From positions 335,878-399,877 of the forward strand of contig CAVUEC010000013.1 in NCBI GenBank assembly GCA_963740415.1: a stretch of DNA of 64,000 nt, given 5' to 3'. Below the pieces are notes generated by a model. That model was not told the origin of the DNA. It saw only the letters and a program-made list of their open reading frames with translations, and made no database searches. Position 1 is the stretch's first letter, and the number at the start of each line of letters is the position of its first letter. Origin of the DNA: Candidatus Eiseniibacteriota bacterium (GTDB lineage: Bacteria; Eisenbacteria; RBG-16-71-46; SZUA-252). This document shows, piece after piece, positions 9,687 through 20,419 of this stretch. Position numbers and translations under genes: made by a program.

Positions 9687-11074
9687 TCACCCACCCGGCC
9701 GACTCTTTGGAACCTCTTGATGGTAACCACCGGGGGTGGCGGACGCAACGTCCGACTCGGGGGCCGCCAGCGAGAGATTCAGTTCCTCGTCGGAGAGAAT
9801 CTGCCGCCGGTTCAGGATCTGCGACGTGTCGTGCTCGAAGAAGAGATGGGTCAGGTGGTCCAGTCCAACCTCCAGCTGCTTCCGGAATCCGACCATCTTG
9901 ACGAGGTAGGCGCCCGCCCAGAGGAGCCAGGCGAGCTTTCCCGACAGCGGGATGCCGAACAGCTCGAGGACCGAGCTGTGCTTGCCCAGCGAGATGATGT
10001 AGCCGGCGTCTTTGAACTGGAACGCCTCCACTCGCCTTCCCTGCGCTTGCCGCACGAAGGCGGCGCCCAGGTAGCTTCCCATCGCGATGGCGGTCTGGGA
10101 TAGCGCCGGCTGAAACTTGCCGTCGGGCCGGATCGAGGCCGCGCAATCGCCCAGCACGTAGGTGCCGGGAACCGGCGCTCCCTCCCGATCGAGCGCGCAG
10201 CAAGTACTCGTTCACGCGGACCCGGCCGTCGGAACTATGCGAGAGCGGAAGCTCGCGGACCAGGTCCGGCGGGCAGACGCCGGCGGTCCAGATGATCGTG
10301 AACGCGTCGACGCACTTGCCGTCGGCGAGGAACACGCGCTTGGGCTCGACCCGCTTCACGAGCGCGCCCAGCCGGATCGCCACGCCCCTGCGCTCCAGGA
10401 ACTTGTGGACGTAGGCGGAGTGGGCGGGGAGCGCGGACGGCACGATACGGTTGCCGCCCTCGAGGATGGTGACGGAGAGGTCGGCCGCTCGAATGCTGGG
10501 GTAGCGGGGAAGCAGCGTCTCGCTCGCCATCTCGATCAGCTCCGCCGCCACTTCCACGCCCGTGACGCCGCCGCCGACGATGGCGAACGAGAGCAGGCGT
10601 CTCCGCTGCGCGGTCGATTCGGCCTGCTCCGCCATCTCGAACAGCTCCACCACCCGCGCGCGGAACGCCATGGCGTCGACGATGGTCTTGAAAGTCCGGG
10701 AGTTCTCCCTCGCGCCGGGCACGTCGTAGTAGTTCGTGACGCTTCCCATGGCGATGACGAGCGAGTCGTAGGTCTCCACCAGGTTGTTGTGGAGATGCAC
10801 CTCGTCGGCGCGAGAGGTCGATCCGCATCACCTTGTTCTTGTGGAAGCCGATGCGGCGATGCCGCGCCATTTCGCGGAGCGGATACACGATATGCCGCGT
10901 CTCCACCGATCCGACCGCGACGGCGGGGAGGAGCGGGTTGAACTGGAAGAAGTTCTCCTTGTCGACGAGCAGCGTGTCCCAGTAGGAGCGCGCCGCGCTC
11001 GAGCGCCCGACCGTGCGCGCGACGTCCAATCCGCCGAATCCGCCGCCCAGGATGAGGAGCTTTTGCTTCGCCAT
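9687..11074 (-). pseudogene. ndh: type II NADH:quinone oxidoreductase (NDH-2), split across three frames by two 1-nt frame changes (~10800 and ~10190)
   Basis: N-terminus MAKQKLLILGGGFGGLDVA...VDKENFFQFNPLLP (frame A); middle FAIVGGGVTGVEVAAELIE...FTIIWTAGV (ORF 9232..10800 frame); C-terminus LGDCAASIRPDGKF... (ORF 9687..10157). About 462 aa in total. Confidence 0.8.
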
Positions 11075-11106
11075 CGGCGTCAGAGTATCACCTTGCCGTG
11101 GAACCT

Positions 11107-11965
11107 CTAGGCCAGCGCGGCCCGGAGCGCCTCCTCCAGATTCGGATGCCGGTGGGAGAATCCGGATGCCAGCAAACGGGCGGGCTCGACCCTTTGGCTC
11201 GAGAGCAAGAGCTCGTCCGCCATTTCGCCGAGGAGCGCGCGCAGCGCGAAGGCCGGGACGGGAAACGGCGTCGGGCGATGAAGAGCGCGGCCCAATGCGG
11301 CGGTGAACTCCGCGTTCGTGACGGGCTCGGGTGAGACGGCGTTGATGGGCCCGCTCAAGTCCTCCCGATCGATCGCGTGAACGATCGCGTGGACCAGATC
11401 CTCGATCGAGATCCAGCTCATGTACTGGCGTCCGTCGCCCAGGATGCCGCCGAGTCCAAAGCGGAAGGGGCGAGCCATCACCGGGAGGGCGCCGCCCACG
11501 CCGCTCAGCACCATCCCGAAGCGCAGGGTCGCGAGGCGGATTCCGGCGTCGTCGGCCGGCGCGGCAGCGGACTCCCACGCGCGGCAGACCCCGGCGAGAA
11601 AGCCGCTGCCACCCGCGGACGTCTCGCGAAGCACCTCGTCGCCCCGGTTTCCGTAGTAGCCGACGCCCGACGCGGACACGAACACGCGCGGCTTTCGCGG
11701 GAGTGCGGCGACCGTTTCCGCGAGAAGGGAGGTGGAGCGAACGCGGCTCTCGAGAATCCGCCGCTTGTGCGCGGACGTCCATGGCCAGCGCGCGATGGAC
11801 GCGCCCGCGAGGTTCACGACGGCATCGACGTTCTGAAGGCGGCTCGGGTCGATCGAGCTTGAATAGGGACGGACGAGGCGAACGACGCTGGTGACCTTCG
11901 CGCTCGAGGTGCGCTGCGAGTGCCGTGCCGATGAGCCCGCTCGATCCGCTCATGAGAACGTTCAC
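11107..11965 (-). CDS. YfcH/TIGR01777-family NAD-dependent epimerase/dehydratase (DUF1731 C-terminus), one frame change near 11890
   Basis: N-terminus VNVLMSGSSGLIGTALAAHLEREGH, then the +1 frame VTSVVRLVRP...VDAVVNLAGASIARWPWTSAHKRRILESRV...; ~286 aa. Confidence 0.7.
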
Positions 11966-12058
11966 GCGCGGGATTGTAGCCGATCGCGCCGGTTGGCAGC
12001 CTCGCGCGTAGGCTTCGGGCCGCCAGGCCCGAGTTGGGGAGCGTGATATCCTCGCTGC

Positions 12059-13001
12059 ATGTCCCCACCAACCGAAAAAACAGCCACCGCGCAGGAATAT
12101 CGTGCCGCCCGAACCGCCGCGGCCGCCGTGGATCTGTCCGCGTGGACGGTGCTCCGCCTTCACGGCCCGGACACCCGCGCGTTTCTCCAGGGGCTCGCGA
12201 CGCAGGATCTGGAGAATCCCGGCGCGGCGGCCACCGCATCCAGCACCGGGGCCGCGCCCCTCAGCTTGTTCCTGAGCGAGAAGGGGCGACCCGTGGCGCT
12301 CGGCTGGGTATCGGTCGCGCCGGACGGGAAGAGCGCGTGGGTTCTCGCCGACGAAGGCTCGCTCGGCGCCCTGCGCGCCCACTTCGAGCGCTTCCGCGTG
12401 ATGGAGGACGTCGAGTTCGAGGGGCCGGAAGGAACGCCGCGAGTCATCGGCGTGATCGGACCTGAACGCGCCAATCTGTTGGGCCAGCTTGCCGCGCCAA
12501 TCTCGGGGGCGATCGCGATCGCCGCGGATCCCATTTCGTTCCTGCTCGTCCCGGGCGATCGCGCCTCCGTTCCGGGCCCTTTCGTTCACCCCGCGACATT
12601 CGAAGCGTGGCGCCTCGCGACAGGGATTCCCCGCGCCGGAATTGATTTCGACTCGGATCGGATCGCGACCGAGCTGAGCCTTCCCGAGCGCGATCTCCAT
12701 GACCAAGGGCTGCTACGTGGGGCAGGAAGTGGTGTCGCGGACTTCGAACCGCGGCCAGGTGAGGCGCCGCCGCGTGGGCTTTCGCTTCGCGTGGGGCGGA
12801 TCTCCAATTCCCGCGCGCGCCGAGATCCGCGCCGGGGAAGCCGTCGCGGGATACGTCACGAGCTCCGTTCAAGAGCCCGAGACCGAGTCCGGGCTCGGAA
12901 TGGGATACGTGACGACCGACGCGCTCACCGAGGGCGCCGCTCTCACGGTAGGCGACGGCCCTGCCTCAACCCGCCTCACCATCCACGACTGGCCACTCTA
13001 G
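12059..13001 (+). CDS. ygfZ: folate-binding tRNA-modifying protein YgfZ (GcvT-like fold), one frame change near 12690
   Basis: AVDLSAWTVLRLHGPDTRAFLQGLATQDL; the C-terminal KGCYVGQEVVSRT...GQVRRRRVG motif continues in ORF 12699..13001. Confidence 0.7.
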
Positions 13002-13285
13002 TCTCGAAGCCGTTGACTTAAGTCGCTATGTTTGATATACTTCCGGCTTCGCTGGCAGAAATTCGCCCAGAGGCCGACGGCGCCCGCCGTCCCCTCTCGA
13101 TTCGTAAACGCCGGCGGAATGGGCGCGCTCGAGTCCCAACCCCGCTCGAGAGCCCGCATAGGGGGTGAGTCTCTCGGGCCGCCCGCCACGCGGCCGGCAC
13201 CGGTAATTCGTTTTCTTCGCGCGCCCGCGTGAGTCCTACCCGGCCCCACATCGGCGCGCCCCCAAACCCAGAGGAGCGAATCCCA

Positions 13286-13891
13286 ATGCAACGTCTCTTC
13301 CGGAACACGACGCTCGCGTTCGCCGCGGCCGCGGTCTTGATCGCGGGCACCGCGACCGCCACCACCGTGCAGAAGTTCACGATGGGCGATCTCACGAAGC
13401 GCTCGGAATCGATCGTTCGCGCGAAGGTGGAAGGCCAATTCAGCCGGCGCGACGACATCAATCACGAGATCTACACGTACACGACGATCAGCGTCCTGGA
13501 GCCCGTGAAGGGGGCCGGGGGTGAGAAGCAGATCACCATCCGCCAGCTGGGCGGCGCCGTCGACCACCTCGTCTCCTACGTTCCGGGGATGCCCACGTTC
13601 CGGACAGGCGAGGAAGTGGTGCTCTTCCTGAGCGCGAGGGACCGGGAAGGATATCCGTGGGTGGTGGGGTTGCAGCAGGGCAAGTACACGGTCGTGACCG
13701 CTGACAACGGCCTGAAGAGCGTCCGCAACGAGCTCACCGGCCTGCGGCTGCTCACGCCCAACGGCACGACGACGGAGGGGACGACCTCGCGCGATCTGCC
13801 GCTCGCCGAGTTTCTCACCGGCATCCGAACCAACCTGAACGTGGACGGCCGGATCAAGGTCGACACCACTCATCCCACGCCGATCCACTGA
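13286..13891 (+). CDS. secreted protein of unknown family (cassette copy 1; paralog of 17026..17631)
   Basis: Signal peptide MQRLFRNTTLAFAAAAVLIAGTATA; shares the blocks TTVQKF..KSESIV..K..EIYTY.T.SV.E.VKGA.GEK..TIRQLGG...HL.S.VPGMP.F.TGEEVV.FL..RD.EGYPWV.GLQQGKY.VVT..NGLK.VRNEL.GL.LL.PNG with the second copy (~55-60% identity by eye). Confidence 0.6.
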   Translation: MQRLFRNTTLAFAAAAVLIAGTATATTVQKFTMGDLTKRSESIVRAKVEGQFSRRDDINHEIYTYTTISVLEPVKGAGGEKQITIRQLGGAVDHLVSYVPGMPTFRTGEEVVLFLSARDREGYPWVVGLQQGKYTVVTADNGLKSVRNELTGLRLLTPNGTTTEGTTSRDLPLAEFLTGIRTNLNVDGRIKVDTTHPTPIH

Positions 13892-13910
13892 GAAAGGAGG
13901 ACCCGCAGCC

Positions 13911-16648
13911 ATGAACCGTAAAGTCCATTCGCATTGCCGGCGCGCTCCTCCTCTTCGGAGCGATCGCCGCGCTTTCGTTCCATCCCGCGTTCGCGTTCAT
14001 CCGCATCTCGGGCCAGGGAACCGGAGCCTCTCCGGTTGTGCAGGCCCACTGGCTCGACTCCGAGCTGCCGCTGAAGAGCGTCATCGATCCGACCAACAAC
14101 GACGTGCCGCCCGCGGACGCGCTGGCCGCCATCCAGGCGGCGGCCCAGACGTGGCAGGACGTCAACACGAGCTACTTCACCATCAACGCACACCCGTTCG
14201 CCGGGGCGCCGGACGTTCAGCCGGCGCTGGCCTTCGACGGGCAGAACAGCGTCATCTTCCTCACCGACGACACGGGCACGGTGTTCGCGCCCGGCGTCAT
14301 CGAGTTCGTCCGCACCGTGTTCGAGTCGGATGACGGGACACAGTCTCGACGCGGACATGGTCTTCAACGATCGAGACTTCTTCGCATCGGTCTCGTCACC
14401 CGATCTCACGCCGGCTCCTCCGGGGCAGTTCTCGGTGGATCTCCAGTCGGTGGTCACGCACGAATACGGCCACTACCTGGGTCTCGACCACACCAGCATC
14501 ACGGGCGCGACGATGATTCCCTTCGTCGGGCCGGACACCAGCATGCGGACGATCGAGCTGGACGACCGGGCCGGCGTCTCGACCATCTATCCCGAGTCCG
14601 CGTCGCGGCCGGGCGGCCTGAGCCCGGGCGCGAGTCGACTTCGCGGCCAGCACGGGCACCGTCTCGGGAACCGTCGTGAGCGGGTTCAACGGATCGCCGA
14701 TCTTCGGCGCGCACGTGGAGGCATTCCTTCTCACCGCGCCCACGCCCGATCACCAGATCAGCGCCATTTCCGGCGAGCTGACGCTGAGGAACGGGCTGGG
14801 GGACTTCACCATCCGCGGGCTTCCGCCCGGGCCCTACGCCATCGCCATCGTCCCGCTCGACGGCGTGCACACCACCGCGTCGGATGCCAACATCGGGGGC
14901 GTGTACAACGGCCTCGACATCAACTTCGAGCCGGAGTTCTGGAACGGCGCGGGGGAGGGCGGGAACGGCTTCACCGACCTGGCCAATGACTATCGCCCCC
15001 GTGAGCGTCGGCCCCGGCGCGAACACGGCCGGCGTCAACTTCATCACGAACACGTTCCCCGGCCGCGTCGTGATGGCCCAATACGGTGAGTTCGAGAACA
15101 TCGTGACGTTCGCCAACACCGGATTCCTCGCGGTTCGCTTCGACCCGCCGTTCGACGCGCCGTTCACCATCTCGAGCGTGGAGTTCCCAAGCTTCACCTT
15201 CGACGGCGGACCGGCCGTCTTCCCGAGCGCGCGGCTCTGCCGGCTGGACAAGACGACCGGGCTTCCGGACATCGCCCATCCCATCGGGCAGATCGCGCCG
15301 CTCGTGGGGAGTCCGGGCGGGGTGAACGTGGTGCCGCTCAATTTCCCGATCCGACGTGATGACCGGACGCTCTTCTGGGTCCTCGAGTTCCCGGCCGCGG
15401 GGGCCGACTTCCCGAACAACTTCCCGTTCCTCTTCATGGACTTCGTGCAGATGGAGCGGGGCTCGTTCGCCAATACCTATTCGGTACCGTTGGGTGGCGT
15501 CAACGCGGGCATCCTGCTCGATCGCAACCTGATCGTGAGCATGACCTGCCAGATGTCCTCGCCGCGCGCGACGCCGATCTCGGCGCCGTCCAGCCTGGGC
15601 GGGAACCGGATCGACCACGCAATCGACTTCAGCTATCAACTGCCGGGCGACGTGCGCGCGGACGGGTTCGCGATGCCGCCGCGGTCGTTCGACCACGTGG
15701 AACTTCTCGTGCGGAGGCCGGGTCCCTCCGGGCACCTACACGACGGTCGGATTCGGCGGGCCGCGCGCGGATCACATCAAGCTCGACCGGGCGCCCTCGC
15801 CGGCGACGCCGCTCATCTGGTCCATGCAGGCGGTCGACCAGAACTGCCACAACAGTCTTCAATCAAACGTGACGGTGACGGGGCTGGCGGAGGACACGGA
15901 CGAGCCGAACGGCCGCCGCGCCGACGCGACGCTTCTGCCGATGCCCACCGTCAACCGCGCCGAGACGTATTCACCCGCCGGGGACCAGGATTTCTACCGC
16001 CTGTTCGCGAGACCCGGAGAGATGATCGACGTCAGCGCCACGCACGTGGGCGCAAACGACGGCGTCAACGATCCCGACTACGTCATGTTCCTCTATGACG
16101 GCGACGGCAACATCGTGGCGTACAACGACGATTTCACCGGATTGGATCCGCGCATCGTCTACAACGTTCCGCCCGCGGCCACGACATTCGGCTCGAAGTT
16201 CCCGCGGCGCTTCGCGGTTCAGATCACCGACTACTACGGTTCGCTCTTGAATCCGACCGGAGCGCCTCGCATTCCGACCCCGCTGGCCTACGCGGTGAAC
16301 GCTTCGGTGGGTGCGCCGCCGACGGTGGCCACGCCGGGCACGGACGCGGTGAATCCGAATCAGTACCAGTTCGTGAACAGCGGGCCGAATCCGGCCAACC
16401 CGCTGTCGAAATTCCTCTACATCATTCCGATGAATCAGGGGCCGCAGACTGTCCGGCTCCGAATCTACGATGTCGCGGGGCGGTTGGTGCGGACACTGGT
16501 GGACGCCACTCGCACGCCGGGACCGTACACGGCGGTCTGGGACGGGCGAGACGACCATTCGAGACCGGCCGCTTCGGGAAACTACTTCGCGCGGATGGAA
16601 ATCGGGACCGCGTTCACCAAGAACATGCAGGTCACGATCTTGAAGTAG
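13911..16648 (+). pseudogene. secreted matrixin-like metzincin (HEYGHYLGLDH + Met-turn) with CarbopepD_reg-like, PPC and C-terminal FlgD-Ig/T9SS-like sorting domains; cassette copy 1, at least 5 single-nt frame changes (~13928, 14335, 14633, 14990, 15715)
   Basis: The true frame is traced across ORFs 14038, 14330, 14676, 14884 and 15824. HExxHxxGxxH...TMIPF; GTVSGTVVSGFNGSPIFGAHVEAF; DQDFYRL; C-terminal ...LRIYDVAGRLVRTLV...AVWDGRDD...GNYFARMEIG...QVTILK. At 13926 an extra c in a cc run; at 14990 ccccc replaces the expected ccc. Confidence 0.8.
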
Positions 16649-16670
16649 GCAAGCGAAGGTAAGAGCGAAT

Positions 16671-16710
16671 CGGGGGCGGTGGATACCGACGCCGCCCCCG
16701 GTTTGTTTCG
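16671..16710 (+). terminator. Rho-independent terminator after metzincin copy 1
   Basis: CGGGGGCGGtggataccgacGCCGCCCCCG hairpin followed by GTTTGTTTC. Confidence 0.6.
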
Positions 16711-16741
16711 GCAGGAGATGGGCGGCGAGACCGTCAAGGCG

Positions 16742-16770
16742 ATTGATTGAACGCGGCGAGTATGGTAAAA
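16742..16770 (+). promoter_or_regulatory. sigma70-like promoter (-35 TTGATT, 17-nt spacer, -10 TAAAAT) ~255 nt upstream of the second cassette
   Basis: gaTTGATTgaacgcggcgagtatggTAAAATgcc; strongly AT-rich hexamers in a 70% GC background. Confidence 0.4.
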
Positions 16771-17025
16771 TGCCCGCCTCTCTCGGCAACGCTAGATCCT
16801 TTGCATCCCGGCGGCGCCCGCCGTCTGTCGCATCAAACGGACTGTCGACATCGCCGGCGAAATCTCGCCGCACTGTGTCTGGCCACCCTGGGCAAGGGGG
16901 TGATCGCCAGACCAGAGATTCTCGCCACGCCTTCACGCACCCGCGCTTATTCCCACGCGACGGATCGTGGGAATCCACCGTTTCCCGCCCGCCGCCGCAC
17001 GTTCCCACCAGTAGGAGAAACGGCG

Positions 17026-17631
17026 ATGAATCGCATGAGTCGTATCGCGACAGTAGCGCTCGCGGGGGTCGCACTTTTTGGCGCGAGCCTCGCCAACGCC
17101 ACAACGGTCCAGAAGTTCTCCCGCCAAGAGCTCGCCAAGAAATCGGAATCGATCGTCATTGGGAAGGTGCAGGACGTCTCCAGCCGGCAAGATGCGGCCA
17201 GCAAGGAGATCTACACCTACATCACCCTGAGCGTCTCGGAGTCGGTGAAGGGCGCGAAGGGAGAAAAGATGGTCACCATTCGCCAGCTCGGCGGCTCGGT
17301 CGGCCATCTCATCTCCGCGGTCCCCGGAATGCCCTCGTTCAAGACCGGCGAAGAAGTGGTGGTCTTCCTGACCGTGCGCGACAAGGAAGGCTATCCGTGG
17401 GTCATGGGACTTCAGCAGGGCAAGTATTCCGTCGTGACCGACGAGAACGGCCTCAAGCAGGTGCGGAACGAATTGGACGGGCTGCAACTGCTCTCGCCGA
17501 ACGGATCGGTGCAGGGCGGCAAGGCCTCCACCGAGCAGGCGCTCAACGCCTTCGTGGACGGCATCAAGACCGATCTGAACATCGATGGCAAGGTCAAGAT
17601 CGACACCAGCAATCCCACCCCACTCAAGTAG
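17026..17631 (+). CDS. secreted protein of unknown family (cassette copy 2; paralog of 13286..13891)
   Basis: GGAGA RBS; signal peptide MNRMSRIATVALAGVALFGASLANA; collinear similarity to copy 1 over the full length. Confidence 0.6.
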   Translation: MNRMSRIATVALAGVALFGASLANATTVQKFSRQELAKKSESIVIGKVQDVSSRQDAASKEIYTYITLSVSESVKGAKGEKMVTIRQLGGSVGHLISAVPGMPSFKTGEEVVVFLTVRDKEGYPWVMGLQQGKYSVVTDENGLKQVRNELDGLQLLSPNGSVQGGKASTEQALNAFVDGIKTDLNIDGKVKIDTSNPTPLK

Positions 17632-17646
17632 AGGAGGACGACCACC

Positions 17647-20400
17647 ATGCATCGCGATCGCATTCGCATCGTCGTCGCCGTCCTGCTCGTTGGGGCGGCC
17701 GTACTGTCGTTCGCGTCACCCGCTTCCGCATTCATCCGGATCGCGCGCCAGGAGACGCCGACGAGCCCCGTCGTGCAGGCGCACTGGCTGGATACGGATC
17801 TGCCGCTCAAGATCGTGATCGATCCGACGAACTCGGATCAGCCTTCCGGGACGGCCCTCACGGTCATCCTGGCGTCGTCGCAGGCCTGGGAGGACATCAA
17901 CTCCTCCTATTTCACCGAGAGTGCCCACGCTTTTGCGGGCGGGCCGGACCTTCCGCCCGCGCTCGCCAATGACGGGCAGAACAGCGTGCTCTTTGACCCG
18001 ACGGGCGTGAACTTCCCGACCGCCGGCGTCATCGCGTTTACGCGGTCGTTCATCGACGGGACCGACGGCCGGACGCTCGATTCGGATCTCGTCTTCAACG
18101 ATCGGGACTTCTTCTCCTCGGTGTCCACGCCGAACCTGACGCCGGCGCCGGCGGGGCAGACCTCGGTCGATCTCCAGGCGGTCATCACGCACGAATACGG
18201 TCACATGTTCGGACTCGATCACACCAGCATCGCGGGTTGCACCATGGTCCCGTTCATCTCGAACGACATCAGCCAGCGGACGCTGGAGCTGGACGATCGG
18301 GCGGGCAATTCCACGATCTATCCCGAGTCCGCCTCGCGGCCAGGCGGCCTCTCGCCGGGCGCCGTGGACTTTGGCTGCGACGACGGGGACCGTGTCGGGA
18401 ACCGTCGTGAGCGGATATGACGGATCGGCCCTCTTCGGGGCCCACGTGGAGGCCTTCAACCTCGCGGACCCGACGCCCGCGAACGAGATCAGCGCCATCT
18501 CGGGTGAGCTGACGCTGCGCAACGGCCAGGGCGAGTACATGATTCACGGCCTGCCGCCGGGCACGTACGCGATCGCCATCATCCCGCTGGACGGTGTTCA
18601 CACGGTCGCGGCGGACGCGAACATCGGCGGCCCGTACAGCGGGCTCGACATCAATTTCGAGCCTGAGTTCTGGAACGGCGCCAGCGAGAGTGCGGCAACG
18701 GGTTCAACGACAACGCGAACGACTACTCACCCGTCACGGTGTCCGCCGGAGCCAACGCGGGCGGCGTCAATTTCATCTCGAACACCTTCCCTGGCCGGGT
18801 CATCATTGCTCAGTACGGCGCGTTCGAGAACGTCGTGACCTTCCGGAGCACCGGCTATCTCGCGGTCCGCTTCGATCCGCCGTTCGACCCGCCGTATACG
18901 ATCACGAACATCGAATTCCCGTCCTTCACGTTCAACAACGTGCCGGCTCCGTTCCTGAGCGCGAAGTTCTGCGCCCTGAGCCAGGCGACCGGGCCTGCCC
19001 GGACATCGCGAATCCCGCTCTGTCAACCAGACTCCGTTCACTGGGAACTCCGAACGGCGTGAACACGGTCCCGCTCAACCTGAGTCGTCACCTCGGCTAA
19101 CCAGACGTTCTTCTGGGTCCTGGAATTCCCGTCCCAGACGACGTTGCCGGGATTCCCGAACAACTTCCCGTTCCTGCGCATGGACTTCGTGCAGATGGAG
19201 CGGGGACACTTCGCGAACTCGTATACGGTTCCGCTCAGCGGGCCGGGCGCGGGCATTCTGATCGACCGGAACATCGCGGTCAGCATGACCTGCCAGCTGT
19301 CGAGCCGCTTGCAAGACGCCCATCTGACGCCCACGTCGAATCTCGGCGCGAATCGCCGGCTCGACTTCACCGAGTTCTCGTACGAAGTGCCTCCCGGACA
19401 GTGCGGGCGGACGGGTTCGATCATGCCGTTGGGATCCGCTCAAGAAGGCGCACCTGATCGCGCGCTCGGTCGGGGCGCCGGGCACGTACACCACGGTGAT
19501 GCTTCGGAGACAAGAAGAAGGACACGTTCAAGCTCGATCCGCCGCCGCCGAGCAACGTGGTCACCATCTGGTCCAGCCAGGCGGACGACGCGAACCAGCA
19601 ATAGGAGCCTCCAGTCGAACGTCACGATCACGGGACTCAGCGAAGACGCGGACGAGCCGAACGGGAAAGCGAAGGGAGACCAGGCGACGTTGCTGACGAC
19701 GCCCGTCGCGAACCGGCCCGAAAGCTACTCGCCCGCCGGCGACCAGGACTTCTATGAGATCACCGCGACGATTGGCCAGGTGATCGACGCGAGCGCGGTC
19801 CATGTCGGAGCGCTCGACGGAAGGAACGATCCCGACTACGTGATGTTCCTCTACGACAAGAAGGGGAACATCGTGGCCTTCAATGACGACTTCACGGGTC
19901 TCGATCCCCGGATCGTCTACACGGTGCCGCCGCCCCAGAAAGGGAACGTGAACCAGAGTCAGGTATTCCGGATTCAGGTCACGGACTTCTACGGATCGCT
20001 CCTGAACCCGACGGGCGCGCCGCGGATTCCGAGCCCGCTGGCGTACAACCTGAACGCCTCGGTGACGACTCCGGCCGCTCCCGCGGCGGCCATGGCGGCT
20101 GGGGCTCGTCCGGACGTGTTTGACTTCGTGAACAGCGGACCGAATCCTGCCAATCCGATCTCGAAGCTGATGTTCATCATTCCCCAGAACCAGGGGGCGG
20201 TGAACGTGCACCTTCGGATCTACGACGTGAACGGGCGCTTGGTGCGGACGCTGGTCAGCGGCGTTCGCGAGCCGGGCCCGCACACGGCGGTTTGGAACGG
20301 CCGGGACGATCTGGGCCGCGGCGTTGCGTCCGGGAATTACTACGCCCGGATCGAGATGGGCCAATTCGTCAAGAACACGCAGCTCACCATCTTGAAGTAG
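17647..20400 (+). pseudogene. secreted matrixin-like metzincin with CarbopepD_reg-like, PPC and FlgD-Ig/T9SS-like C-terminal domains; cassette copy 2, frame changes at ~18375, ~18695, ~19030 and four more within 19390-19610
   Basis: HEYGHMFGLDH...TMVPF; AATTGTVSGTVVSGYDGSALFGAHVEAF; DQDFYEI; C-terminal HLRIYDVNGRLVRTLV...AVWNGRDD...GNYYARIEMG...QLTILK. About 65-70% identical to copy 1. Confidence 0.8.
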
Positions 20401-20419
20401 AAGCGTGCACATCGGATTC

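Noticed and set aside
10235-12706. 823-aa ORF on the minus strand (and similar very long Arg/Gly/Pro-rich ORFs such as 5493..7385, 37822..39957, 38172..41228, 12998..13912, 57223..58707 outside its N-terminal part).
   Set aside because: These are out-of-frame or antisense read-throughs typical of 70% GC DNA (few stop codons, RGRRP-type composition). Only short segments of 10235..12706 are real (the NDH-2 N-terminus and the YfcH N-terminus), both of which switch frame.
13911-20400. Treating the many metzincin ORF fragments as separate small genes.
   Set aside because: Fragment ends and starts read through seamlessly into one conserved multi-domain protein once single-nt shifts are allowed. 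The intact paralog segments confirm the continuous architecture.
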